The notes beneath the pieces are model-generated. The model worked only from the letters and a program-made list of their open reading frames with translations, had not been told where the DNA came from and ran no database searches. A DNA stretch of 64,000 nucleotides from Lingula anatina (taxonomy: Eukaryota; Animalia; Brachiopoda): contig CM120643.1 of NCBI GenBank assembly GCA_051362555.1, positions 3,658,001 through 3,722,000 of the forward strand. Reading direction: 5' to 3'. This document shows, piece by piece, positions 48,403 through 62,465 of this stretch. The translations under genes and the position numbers were made by a program. How positions within the stretch are numbered: position 1 is the stretch's first letter; each line of letters opens with the position of its first letter.

Positions 48403-49366
48403 GGCCACACTTTTTTATTTTTATGGATGACATCCTCTGGGTACCCCAAAATCGGTGCGAGAGGGCGAAAAAAAAAAAAAAACAGTCCAATAAAAAAAAC
48501 TGCTTAAGTAAAGGAATGCTGTCAGTACACAGCTGGAAACACAAATTTAACCACAGAAACACGTATCAAACTAACAATATGTCTTTATCCATGCTCTCAA
48601 AATATTAAAGCATTGTGAATACTTCGTAGAAATGTAAAAAAAAAGTCATGAATTGATATACTTCATATTACCAAATCTATTTAAGGTTATTTCATGCATT
48701 CATTTGGTATAGCAATCAATAAAACAAATATCAATCAAACAGTGCGTCTTTATTTGTAATCTCAGAATATTAAAACATTTTGAACACTTCACAGCAATGT
48801 TTAAAAAATGATGCAAAGATGTGCTTAATACTACCAAATCTATTAAAGGTCATTTCAGACCATTTTGTCAACTTCAACTCACACGAAGCAGCTAAACTGT
48901 CAGGTGACCTGTCCGACCTTCAGCCCACCAAATACCTCGATGCCCTTGTCGACCCTTTTTTCGCTACAGAAAACCTGGTATTAATGTGCTGCTTTATACA
49001 GAATGTCACAGAAATGTTTCGGCCGCCGCCAGCCTTTCGCACAATTGTAAAAAGGTGATATCTCCATGCCCAATATCAATGGCATACCAATCCAAAACGA
49101 TGGCGCCCGTTCTCTTGATGACTTTTATTGTTGTGTAATTTGAAAGTAATCCTAGAGATGAATTTGACAGCAAAGTGGCCGCATTTCCACGTGGCGAAAA
49201 TACGCATGCGCAGAAAGCTCATTTCCTTGCAAATTTAATAACAACGTTGACGACAACCGACTTCGTTGGGGGGGGGGGGCTTTTTTTTTTTTTTTTTTTT
49301 TTTGGAGAACGGGCGAAAATCCGTGCGCGCGCAGGATGTCATCCATAAAATTAAAAAAGTGTGGCC
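48403..49366. mobile_element. Non-autonomous TIR DNA transposon (Kolobok- or Harbinger-like)
   Basis: ~33-bp TIR ggccacacttttttattttatggatgacatcct at both ends, flanked by TTA. Confidence 0.75.
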
Positions 49367-49985
49367 TTATTCAAAACTCAGCTGCAAGACTGGTTTGTCA
49401 AATAAAGTGCAATAGTACACACCATATCACTCCCATTCTGAAAGGATTACACTGGCTGCCAGTGAAGCAGAGGATTGATTATAAAGTACTTTGTATTATT
49501 TTTAAGGCGATCCATACACAATGACCAAAATATATATATTTATCTGATCTTATCTGTTTTAACTCACCACGGCAGTCCACACATTTTAATACTGAGAATG
49601 ATTTTATTTTAGAATATTCTGTATAAGAGAAAGGGTCTCTCAAAAGTTATGGTGATTGGGCTTTTACAATCTATGCCCCCAAAGTGTGGAGTGCCTTACC
49701 AAATTTTATTAGAACAGCAGAAGACTTTGACAGTTTTAAATCCCTTCTAAAGACCCACATTTTTAAATCTGTCTATTGCTCTTAGATTTTTTTTATATAT
49801 TTTAATAAGATTGAGTTTTTAGTAGTGTTGATTTTAAATGGTTTCCAATGAGCGAGTTAGACTTAAATATTGTAGTCATTTTAACGATTTTAGTTACATT
49901 ATCCATTATTGTAAGGCGCCTTGAGGTAGCATGTAAGGTGCCATATAAGAAGCTTATTATTATTATTACTATTATTATTATTATT
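49367..49985 (+). mobile_element. Decayed L2/CR1-group LINE 3' end
   Basis: IQNSAARLV...HITPILKGLHWLPVKQRIDYK; APKVWSALP; stem-loop + (TTA)n tail. Confidence 0.8.
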
Positions 49986-50935
49986 GTTATGTATAACAGT
50001 GCCTTATTATCCTCAAACTCAGTGGAGTTATATTGTGTTAATACAACTAGATTAAAAGTTTGAACACCAGCTTTATTGGAATATTTTTTGTTATGTTTCC
50101 TTTTATAATTTTTTTTTTTATTTCAAACACTGACATCTTCAAGATGTGACTTTTAACTCCTATCCACCCAAAGCTCTGCACTTTTTCTGTATTTCCACAT
50201 AAGCAGTAGTTTTGGTATTTATGTCTTTAAACATTATGTGATATTATTTTATGTACTGTCATTATTTTTCACATATTGGTATTTTCATTATTTGAATTTG
50301 AACTCTCATGATCCTGAAACTATAATCTTATTGACCATGTTACCTGTTGTGCATGATTAAATTTTAGTGTTGATTGACTGTGCTGTTATAATCATTATTT
50401 ATTATTGCATCAAAATTGATAAAATGACCTCTTTTCTGTGTCGTTATTTTCTGCATTTATCTGTACATTTGACAGCTTTGTTGCCATGTTTTTACCTCAT
50501 ATTTGCTGTGTGGCTATATTTACTAAGACTGGTGCCTGTACATTTGCCAGTTTTTCTGTCTCTTTTCTTAAGCCCCCTTTACAATGGACGATGTCCTTTC
50601 TGCATCCTGTAGTACGGCCCCATTTGAAATTTAAAAAAAAATACGTTCTGACAACTGGCTGATCATGTAGCATTCATTTTGCAACCAAAGTGATGCTTGT
50701 GGCTCCTTTCTACAACCACAGCAATGCCAGTTTCATGGTTGCACAAAGGAAGCAGAAAGGACACTGTCCAGTGTAAAGGGTTTTAGGTACAATATTTTCA
50801 AAATTAACATTTTTCGGCTCTGTGTGGAGTTAAATAATTTTTATAATAAGGTGATAAGCATTTTTGCTGTAGAATACCGCATGGCTGTAGTGTTTCATCG
50901 TGAAATATTGAAGTTTTTCATTTGCTTTTTTACAG

Positions 50936-50951
50936 GTTACCCAATAATTAG
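50936..50951 (+). CDS. Probable terminal coding exon of the FASTK-family gene (R-L-P-N-N-stop)
   Basis: Strong acceptor tttgctttttttacag, phase 2 compatible, AATAAA near 51488. Confidence 0.5.
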
Positions 50952-51653
50952 GAGACCTTTGAAGTGCTTCCTGACAGCATTGAAGAGGATTTGATAACTC
51001 TCCACTGACATACAAAAAAAATGGAGCCAATGAAAGTTGAACAATAATCTGAAACCAAGTTCACTAGCTGTAAACTAGGCCTTTTTATTCTTGGTCTTGC
51101 TAGTAATATAAACAAGGACATATCATAATAGTGCATATGCATGGTTGAGAATCTTCACATGTGACTTTAAAAAATAATGAATTCTGTTTTCTTATATTGT
51201 CTTTGAGCACTGACATAGTGACTGACATTTGGTGTGGAGACAGTGTTAAAGCTACACTATTGGGGCACATTATGATTGTTTAAGAGGTGTGCAGGGGTGT
51301 CTTAATCACCCCCATCCAGGTTGGTCCTGTAATCACAGTAATATGGAAATTGAAAATGAGGCAAATGCTTGCAGAAGGGAAAATGTTTATGGTGAATTAT
51401 GTTGAATGTTCTGATGTTAGATTTGTTATTTCACTAATTGAATTGTTAGAGGTGTAAAGCATTATACACCTTTTTATGTTGTCTGGAAATAAAAGATGTT
51501 AAAAATATTATTAGAAATATTTCATTTAATCACTGTAGGTGATGACTGTCCTATAATGCATATTCATCAGAATTATATAAAATTGCTCAATGTCAGTAAA
51601 ACAACAGTAAAAAAGCCATTTTCAACCTAAAGGTTATTGAAAAGGTAAACTAA

Positions 51654-51869
51654 GGGCATATTCCCAGAGCTTTTAGATCGATCTATCCCCGCGGGGAGTC
51701 TCACTAGATTACTGTCAGATAATCTGGCTTAAATGTCAGTTCCGCCTACTACAAGCTGTAAGGGGGTAATTAACTTTCTTGCCCGCTCGGCTGACAGCTA
51801 TTTAGCATGAACCCCCAGGGAGTTAAGTCGATCTAGAGTAGATCAATCTAATCTCTGGGAATGGGGTCC
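51654..51869. mobile_element. MITE with imperfect TIRs (attcccagag/ctctgggaat); opposite-orientation copy at ~61527-61756
   Basis: Two dispersed copies sharing internal sequence. Confidence 0.65.
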
Positions 51870-53345
51870 AAGTAGTTGTGACATTTTGTCTCTTTTACTC
51901 ACAGTACACTCAAGAAACATAAGAAACATCAGATCAAATATGATGGGGAAATCATTTTCCAAATAGTAAACCTAAAGATGTACTAACAAAATGAAATGAT
52001 CCAAATTGAATAGTGTGAAATGGGTTATTGTCTAAACTCTGAAGATTATATAAGCTAAATTTTTTACTTCTAATACTAGGATAATTTTAAAAAATCATAT
52101 TTAAAAATGTCCATAAAAACTAAATGAAACAAAATACATAGAAAACTTTCTTGATTTCTTACACAGTAAATAACCATCTATTCTGAAGCCATCTCACATG
52201 AGGTGTTGCAGTTAAAGCAGCAGCTACAGAGGAAATGCAAAATCTTCAACAAAAAGTGGCAATGCATTTCAAGATGGTTTAACTAAAATATTATAAGAAA
52301 ACTATTTGAACTTATGTCTTCAAACTTATAGAACTGACAAATATTCATTAAGTACAGGTGGAGGTAGAAAATCCACTTGGTTGTACCATTTTTTTCAAAA
52401 GTTGTTGGTTTCTGTATTTACTTCAGTATAAATACAATACAGATACAGACATGAGCTTTTTCCATGGAACCACGGAATTTCTGCGTTTTTAAATTCAATT
52501 CCTAAGGCGGCCCCTGGACCCCTGGCTGGTTAGGTGTAGGGTCCCATGATAAATGTTTAGAGGTTTTTTATTTATTGATTTATTATTATTAATATTTTTT
52601 TTTTGAAACCTAGGTTTATGTCTGCAGATAACACCCTTTGAGTAAAAACTATTTGACCTATTCTCTTCAAACTTAAATGAATAATGTATATTACTAAATT
52701 AAACATTTTTCATAAAGTTAGACAATTTTGTGACCTTGAACTTCCATGTTCCTGAAGACTTTTTCCTTGTCACATGCCCTGAATATCTATGTTACCTGCT
52801 GTGCATAATTAAAATTGGTGGTGATTATGCTGTTAAGCATTATGTAATATTGCATTAAAATTGACAAAACCCTATTTTGGTCACTGCCACTATGAAAACC
52901 TACCTTCTACCAGGGCCACAGATTGCTTTTTATGTACAGACACAGATGTGTCTTATTTAAAGAAAACCTTGTTACTAATTATTTTCAACTCAAAGAAAAT
53001 ATTAATAGGACTGATATACAGCTTGATTTAAAAAACAGTAATTGAATTCTTTTATTTAAAAAATGCAGATTTTTGTGAAATTTTCATTTTCACTTATTGG
53101 CTTTTTCAATGTGGGACCTAGAATTGTCATGGACATGGAGGCACTCGCTAGTTGCATTTTCTGAATGTCCATGATACTTATAGTATTTTTATTAAAATTT
53201 GGTGCTGATTTTGCCGTTAGGCACTATGTCATAGCGCATCTAAACCACCAAAACCCTATTTTGTGCAACCTTGGTAATTATTATTATTCTCTTACTTAGA
53301 GATTCTGAAATATTCTATAGTACTTCAATACAGCTTGAGACAGAA

Positions 53346-53629
53346 CAGGGGCGGATCCAGGATTCTTTGAAAGGGGGGGGGGGGTCCGCGGATGTGAAGC
53401 CGACCATTCTCCCCCCCCCCCCCCCCCCCCCCCCTTCCAGTGGCGTGGGGTTCGGGGCCGGAAAAAATTGGTATTGTAGAGGGCGAATGGCACCATTTGG
53501 TACAGTTTAGAACTATGATTCAGCTAGCCAAAATTCTAATTTCAAGAGGGGAATATTGGTTATGATATATTTTTCAGAAACCGAAGGGGGGTCAGGACCC
53601 CCCTGACCCCCCTTCTAAATCCACCGTTG
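53346..53629. mobile_element. MITE (CAGGGGCGGATCC-type) with 5-bp TSD
   Basis: caggggcggatccag / ctaaatccaccgttg; CAGAA on both sides. Confidence 0.7.
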
Positions 53630-54330
53630 CAGAATACTAGTCTCATTGGATTATTTTTTTTATTTTTGAAGTAATGAATTTTGGGGGGTAAATTTTCATT
53701 TTTTATTTGGCATTTTCAGTGTGGGACCTACAACTCCCAGGGACCGAAGCGTGGTTATTGCTGAGTGAAAACTATATCCAAATACCGTTGGTATTTCACG
53801 GCGTCAGCACAAATTTTGAACGCCTCTACGGGGGCTATTAGTATCAAGATTTATTTCACTCCTCTCTCTACTTTTAAGTCTTAAAAAGAATTATCAAATA
53901 TTTTCCGTTAACAATTTCAGGAAAGTAAATAAACGCACTGCATGATGGAATTCGTTTATTAAAATCAAGTGATACAGCTTGACCAATAAAGTGTTTGTAC
54001 TCATTGTTTCTCCTGCTGTTTTATTAAAGATCTGTCTTTGCTACTAGTCTCTGCACAGAAACTGAAATAAAGCGGTTTTAGGTGTTATTTTATTATGCAT
54101 CACCAAACCGGAGAACAAGTTAGCTCAGCACCTGTGTTAAGAATTATATGAGCACATTTAGGACGAAAAAAGCCCAAGATAATATAGTTCACATATAATT
54201 TCAGTATACAGTGTGTAAAACAGACAAAATATTAGCTCTGGCGGCTTAGATGTCTGGCACGCCTACTGAAGCTGCTAAACGATAATTAATTACCCCCCTA
54301 GCAGCTTCAGTGGGCGTGACAGACATTTAA

Positions 54331-54626
54331 GGGACGGATGTACCCAAATATAGCTAAAAATCGTCATTTTTGGTTTTTTTATGTCTAATTTTTGGTTAAC
54401 AGAATAAATTTTTTACATTTTGAACAAAAAAAAAAAGTTTTTTCTGAGGATACTGATGCTGCACACATCGGCACCGGTGTCCCAATATTACGTTACACGA
54501 TGAAGTTGGAGCTGTGTTCCAAGCATAATTAGATATTTTGAAGATACATTAAATGAATATGACAGGAATAAAAAAAAAAGCTAAGACCTTTATTTAAGGA
54601 GAAAATCTCAAACCTACATCCGTCCC
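54331..54626. mobile_element. Kolobok-like MITE
   Basis: TIR GGGACGGATGTA / TACATCCGTCCC, TTAA on both sides. Confidence 0.75.
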
Positions 54627-57600
54627 TTAAGAGAGGGTTAATCCCCCCCCTCCCACTCACACACATTTTCCAATCAGCGGGGAGAGTATGTGATGAACTA
54701 ACATTGTAAACTTTCCCTCAGCTCCATGGCGTAAATAAAGAAGAAAAACTATGTGCTTGCAGCACTATTTCTACCCAGCAACCCAAGTCTCTACTTGAGA
54801 ACAATAAGTGGGTTACTCGTAGTAGGACAATTACCCACAAGAGGAAAATAGATAAATAATAAATAAACACACGATAATAAATCAAGTTCGCAATAATACA
54901 TATTTTGAATCCCAGGTCAAAATAAATAATACTTAGAAGGATTAGTAGCTTTTTTAAAGATAGGCTTAATGAATTGGCCATTTTTATAAACCACTGTTTT
55001 TTTGTGACAATTTTCAATGGTTACGTTTGGAGTGTCATTTCCGCTTTGACTTCGTCTGACATAATCAATTTTCACGTTAAATGTCCTCATGTCTACCTTT
55101 TTTTTAATCATCAGCCTGTGATGCAAACAATGAAATTTATCTCTAGCGTTATTATTTCAGTTTAGAGATAAATTGCAACTTATCATTCTTGCATGTAGAA
55201 AGCACTCTTTCAGTCTGATCTTAAAAGTTTCCGAACAAAAAATAAATAAATAAATGAAATAAGAGTCATTTCCAGCGCCCTGATCACATCACACATACCT
55301 AACACCATATTTATTTATTTCCATATGATAAGGACCGTAGGCTGAGAAAAATGTTTACAGGGGGATAGGGCCTTCCCCCACCCCCATCCCGCCCTTACAT
55401 TCTTCAACCACGTCAGTTCTTATCGGGGAGGGGGCTAATGTTCATTTCTTTACCCCTTACATATTTATGAACAACTTCGTGATATATTGCATTGAGGGCC
55501 GAGACCCCAGTCAGTCAACTTCAAGTGAGTTATTTTCTCGTTACCCCCCCCCCCCCCCCCCCCCTCCATCTTAACCGGTGATCAATTTGCACTGATGTCA
55601 TGTCTGCAGTCAGGCAGACGAGACACTTTTACTTGACATGGAACACCCCCTGACGTATTTTACTGATAAGGTTGGACCTAGAGGAGTGGTCAGGAACCCA
55701 TTACAGAGAACGACTTCTCACTGTCCTTGTTCATCCTTTAACTTTAGGTTTAACATACCATATCTCAAAACTTATATTATTCAATTGATATTTTCATTCT
55801 TACAAAATCAGTTGATTGTGGACAGAAATGTTGCTATTTTACAGAAAGAGCTTAAATTGTTATTATGGTGACGATGTGGTAAGTGTGCTTGTAAATGAAA
55901 TTAGCTAGAGGATTACGTGGGCTTCATTGCGGCAGTTGCCCCTCTCCCAAAATCTGGGCTTCATGAATATTTGAAGACAATGCACAAAATGATGATTTAG
56001 ACAAAAACGAATGACGGGGAAAAGACAACAATAAGCAAAAATTTCGGTATCTTTTATTATTACTTTTGGTGTTGGTGTTTTATTGTAGAAAAACAATCAT
56101 AATTATTTGTTTCTTTTTGTGTTAACTTTTTTTGCGTAGTATTCTACTAGTTTTTTTTTCGAAAATTCATGATAAAACCATGCTTACATTTTTTACAGGT
56201 CTATCACAAAGTACACATAGACAGAAAAACTTATAAAATAAAAGTCATCAAGGGGTGTTTCGTCAAGTCTTACGTGTAGCCGAAATATCGAAAAGGCCTT
56301 CTTCTTCCTCTACATGTAGATTACCTGTATCTAGCCAAGCACATGTACACCTGTATTTGAATAAGTACACATATTCTGTACATCAGCGAGTTTCCTAGAC
56401 ATGAGAAATTTAAGTAGTGGCAGCTGCAGACAGGTTTATAAAGTATATCTATGTATGGAATGTGATATTTGTTTGTTTAATCATAGACAACGTAACAACT
56501 TGACTTTGTTCAAAAAAATTAAGTAGGTAAAAAATCCAAATGTTGTGAGAATAACGACTCAAGACTTTACTTGTTGCTTATAGTTTATTTACAACAAACA
56601 GGCCTATTTTCCGCACTTAAACAGTAAGAGAAGACCAAAAAAAAAAAAAAAAAAATACAATTTGACACAACCCAAAAATTTAATTGTCTAATGTAAAATG
56701 TAATTTTGACACAAGAAAGGGCGGTTTTAAGTTTGAGCGTAATTTACTTGTGTATCACGAACATAATTAAAAAGCGCGTAATCGGATGATTATCAATTTA
56801 TACAATTGTAAGATGTCATAAAGTTTCCCCGTGAACTACCACGACGAGTGACCAAGAAGATTTTAAACTTTGAAATCTTTTTACTTCTGAATATTTTGAC
56901 TTTTATGCCTAGTTTTCGCTTTAAAAAAGAGAAAGAAAATATCCCTGTAAAAGTCACCTTTGTCGAACCAGATAAATAGAAATGCAGTCAAAATTTTAAT
57001 GGAAGCCTTAGACACGCATATTTTTACATCATAATTATAACCTAATATCTTAGGCGTGCGATTTTCACCCAAAAGCTGGGACGTATGCAGTGCATCTCTG
57101 CGGCGCGTTTACTATCTACATGTATGTTTCACTTGTGGAATGATTGTGTTAGTGCAGAAAATTTCTTTCCCACCAGATGACAACTGAAAACTTTAATAAG
57201 ATTTTTTTAAGCATCATTAATTATCATTAAGATCATCATCATTACAAATATCTGATATGAACATCACTTCCGGCCAGTCATATATTACTTCAAGGAACCT
57301 AATTTGCATATAAGAGAAAAAATGTATTTTTTCTGATTTTGGCTTGTTTCCAATTTTTTCATTACTTTCAAAAAGTAATGTCCCCTTAAGCTCACAAATC
57401 GGGACACTTTTGAGTCATATGCACTGATTGTAAATTGTGTAATTAGTAATATTTTTTTTAAATCACAGACGTGTATCACGTCTTCACTCCGCAGCCATAA
57501 AACTCGTTGATAGCTGCATGGGTATAAAAGTAGGTCAATTGCCTGTATAAAATTGCCATACGATTATTGATTTTTTGTGTGGACCGTTTTAAGGAGGAGA

Positions 57601-58904
57601 CAGAAGTGGGAGATATATCATTATACCAGCAAAACATTTTGGTTGCATGGGACTACTGAAAGGCAGAGTAAATTGCAAAGTTTCAAAGAAAAAGTAAAAC
57701 TAGGCTACATCTCCAGCTTTACCATGTAGAACTATATTAATATGCTACGTTTCCTCTGTATTTCATCTGACTCTCCCTAAAATTTTTCAGACCGCGTTAA
57801 CTGTTCAGCTCCCGGGATACGCGAAGCATCCAGCGTGGTGGCAGACGCTGAGCTCTGCAGACGGCACACTGCATTCACACAAGGGGGTAAAGGTTTTCTA
57901 ATGAAATGCTGTATTTTATTACATCTGACGAATTACGTGATAAAGGAAGGAAAATTGGCCTTTTTAAAATTTATGTTGACTAAGTGTAATACAAGACACT
58001 GATATTTCTTCTCATAATTGACAGAATAAAGAAACGCAGAAGGACATAACCTATCTCCCCTTACATGGCATATCCTATCTGTGAACTTATGATCTACTTT
58101 AGCATTCACTCCTACGAACGCTGAGTTTGTATAGTATTATAGAAAGGGGGCGTATTGGGGGGGGGGGGTAAATTTGATTTAACTATAGCGTTATGGTTTT
58201 ACTCATGTTTTACTCATGTTATATTTTATATAATTAAACATTTTATTTTAAAGAATAGACCTGAATTAAGAGCGTTGGCGACGGTTTTGTATCCAAACCC
58301 ACAGTTGTTGATTATGCTGGTCTGCACATTCCGTACTTTATTATAATTTTGATCTGATTTGTTTCTTTGATGATGATTTAGCTAGGACAAACAGTTTACC
58401 GACGTACAACTTTAAGCATTGGATTTGCTGCCCACCCCCCTCCACCCCCTTCGTGCTTGGCTGTATGTGTGTGTTTGCTTGCGGGCGCACTCACGTGCGT
58501 TGTATAGAAAAATAATTCTAACATTTCCCTCTCTCTTTGTTTTAGTAAGTCTTTCGATGAACACGAAAATCGAGTCAACACCTGTGCTTATCATACTTTA
58601 TGGGTACATTTGGGACAAGAAAAGTAAAGAGATGTAGCTACTTCGAGCACATATTTTAAAGCGTAAGTTGTGTGTGTAAAAGAGATAAAAAAATATTGTA
58701 TCGTAACCGCAAATATTTCATAGCGTAGTGGATGTAAAAGAGAGAAAAAATTGTACCGCAGCAGGGTGTTGTAAAAGATTTTAAATCCTTTAATCATTCT
58801 GAAAAATGACAGAAAAGGAATTGTGTTAAAAAGGAACCTGTCGCCGCTATTTACAGCACCTTTTTTTAAGATAATACATGTAACATGGCTATAGCAATAG
58901 TACA

Positions 58905-59420
58905 AATAAGATAAGATAAAGTAAGAATTTATTCAGCCTATAAAAATATTTAAATATAAATATCGGCAATCGTTATCCTTTGAGAGATAAAACTAAGATA
59001 AAACACTGGACAATAAAAAAATTATGAACTAGGCCTAAAAGTGTAATTAAAGAGAGACAAAACTACTTAAAACCATTTACTGCCCTTAAAAGTCAGAAGT
59101 CTACTATTGCTGGATAAAAAATTAAAAAAGATAACTTCCTGGGTGGGTGGGATCCCCACAATTCATTTTGTTGTTTTGTCCATTCTGTCTTTCAAGATAT
59201 CATCCAGTTGGGAGAGATCTCTCTCAATTATTTTACCGGTGGCGCTAATAACGTTGGGGTGTTTTCCCCGTTCCTCCACCGTAGCTACCAGATGCATTAA
59301 ACATATAATACTCTCAATATTACACGTATTTAAAAGTTAATTAAAACGGGCTCATTATCTGTAAAAGTTGCAAGCAATCTAGAAAGCCGTTTTTGTGTAA
59401 AGAAAGTTTATTTTCAAGTG
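58905..59420 (-). mobile_element. Highly decayed Rex/Babar-like LINE 3' end
   Basis: IESII...VISATGKIIERDLSQLDDILKDR relic; AATAAA + (TTATC)n tail. Confidence 0.45.
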
Positions 59421-60397
59421 AATTCCTAGGAGTTTGAACTATATATCTATTGTATTTAAACATGGACATATTGGAATATAAAACCAAAAGTGAAGTTATC
59501 AGTAATTGAACCGTATGGTAGGGTAATTGTGTGTGAGTATGTATGCGTGTTTATGTATTTGAATATAGTTAAAAGTTTGTGCCATGTATAGTTTATTTCT
59601 TTGGTTTAATAGAAGAAATAAATTTAAAAAAAAAAAAAAAGAATTTGATAAAAAATTAATTAAAAGAGTCCCATTGGGTATTTTGTTACCAGTTAAAGCC
59701 ACTGTTTATTTCCCTGAGATGTGTGAAATGTCCATATTATTTAGCGTGATCTACGAAGCACCTCATTCCTGTGGCTCGTAAATGCGGCTTTTTGTTCTTT
59801 GCCCTTGGTGAAATAAAGTCTTGTAATTTTCAGGATTTTCAACTAGCATTGTTGGTGTGATATACATAAAGTTTTGTTTACTGTGATTTGTAAATTAATG
59901 ATTTTATTTCCTGTGAACTGTGATCACCCCTCCCTAATAGTACCCTCAATTAAGAAAAGAAAGAAAAACAAAACTCATTTGATTACAAAAATTTAATATT
60001 TTATTGAAAAATTAAGAGAATGACATTTTGCAGGTTTTAACTGGCTTCTACAGAGGCAATGATAGTTCTGCATTGACGACCCTGAAAAATAAAAGTTGAA
60101 AATATTAAAATATTATTCAGTTAAAATGTGTATTCAGTTAAATATAGTGTAAATAGATGTTGACAGTAACTCTACAACCACCAGCTCTTTGCTACTATCA
60201 TATAATTACTGCTTTCATGTACTGTTTGACATAATTTTCCTCTAAAAAACTGAAAGCTTACTTAGTTATGATACCATCAAAACAAAGAGACAAACAAAAA
60301 GAACTTCTCTGTAAATGTATAATAAATGTATTCTTTTAAAAATACTGTTGACTTTTCTTCATTTCTTAATGTCTGAAGTGTTTAGAATTATTTAATT

Positions 60398-60430
<33 letters not shown>

Positions 60431-60793
60431 CATTTATGTTCGTGCCCTCTGTCTGAAGCAAGACGTGAACAGATTCAATACCCTCCTCCACCTAGATGGG
60501 CCGCTATTCTTTGGAGCTAAAATGTATAATACAATATTACTTACTAAGAGGCAAAAGTATAAAATGTTCAATAAGTCAGTGCAACATCATATTTCATGTA
60601 TGAAGCTTCAATGAAACACTTTTACCAGTATTTGGAATAAACAAAATTGCCAAGTATCATTTTAATCTGGCCAAAAGCACAAACTGTGTTGGCACAACAT
60701 AAGGAGAATGTGTGTGTGTGTGTACATGCACAATCACATTCCATCAGTGTAATAAATATTGACCCTACTATTCTATTGACCCTACTGTCTTAC

Positions 60794-61873
60794 CTCTCTC
60801 CTTCACGTCTGCTTTCACAGTTGTTGTGTCATTGATACTGACTGAAGAAAAACAGGAAAACAAATTAAACATTTCATACCTGTGCACAACAAGAATTCAA
60901 TACATTATTTAACATAGTCGAAAACCCATTCAAAGATTTAGATCACTGAACAGTGAATTTGAACTCAGTGTTTGTGCATGAGAGTCTCCCCCCTAAAGTC
61001 CATCTGTGTGTGTTTACATTTTTAAGTGTATTAAATGAATTCCCATTAAATTGTCCTAAACTTATTGTCTTACCTTTTTCTTTGATGCCCTCAGCATCTG
61101 ACACACTCTTTGTGTCTTTGATATTGGCTAAAGAAAAAATGATATCAAATAAAAACTTAACATTCCATATCTGTGCATGTTCAGATAGGATTCAGTATTA
61201 CAATTTATGGAAGACACATTCAAATATTTAAATGACTTAAAAATAAATGATCTTCTTAAGTATGCTAAAGACTTTGCTTGAGCAGCATGCTTGTGGTGTG
61301 TATGTGTGTGTATGTGTGTTTGTTAGTGTATGTGTGTGTGTGTTTGTTAGTGTATGTGTGTGTGCATGCATGTTTCATAAGTATATTAAAAATCATAACT
61401 ATTTTACTGAGATTCCTGTCTTACCTATCTGCTCAATACTTAGGGTCTTTACAAGTGTTACTTTGTTCTTGTCTTTCAGTTTGGTATCAAGTGAAAGGAC
61501 AGAATTGAATTTTCAAACAACACTATGGGTGTATTCCCAGAGATTTAGATCAATCCAGGGATTAAAATTTAGATCAACCTAACTCCCTGGGGGTTCATGA
61601 TAAATTGCAGTCAGACGAGCGTGCACCAAAGTTAATTAACCCCTTACAGCTTTTAGTAGGCGGGGCAGTCAGACGCTTAAGCCGGCCAAGCTGACAATAA
61701 TCTAGTGAGACTCCCCACAGGGATAGATCGATCTAAAAATCTATGGAAATGGGGTGTATGTGTTCAATCTTTACACAGCAAAAGCATTAATTTTTCAGAA
61801 GATAAAGTATCTCCTTAAGTCTGTCAAAGGCCAGACTTTGCTTGTGCAACATGCATGCAAGTACAGTGCCTTT

Positions 61874-61917
<44 letters not shown>

Positions 61918-62421
61918 ATGCACAATCACATGTCATCAGTGTCATAAATTGATACCTGTTCTATTGACCTATTCTATTCTATCTTACCTCTCTCCTTCAC
62001 GAGCTCTGTCACAGTAGTTGTTGTGTCTTTGACATCAACTGAAGGAAAAAATGGAACACAAATTCAACATTCCATGCCCATGCACAACAAGGATTCAATA
62101 CCATAGTCAAAGATGTATTCAAAGATTTAGATCACTGAACAGGGAATAAAAACACAATGTTTGTAAGGGGCGGGTCTTGAGAGATTTTCTGACAGTCTTG
62201 CAAATTATATTTGTTGATCCATCCTCCATTGTGGACTGTCTTCTGACAAAAAATTAAATCCCCATCAATGTAAACTTCTAACCATCTTGCGGAAGACCCA
62301 GAAGACAGCCTCAATTTGCTCCTGTTTGTGTCTGAAAGCCTGTTTGTGTGTGTGTAAATTTTTTAAGTGTGTTAAATGAACACCTGTTAAATTGACCTTA
62401 CTGTCTTCAGGGCCGTAGCCT

Positions 62422-62465
<44 letters not shown>

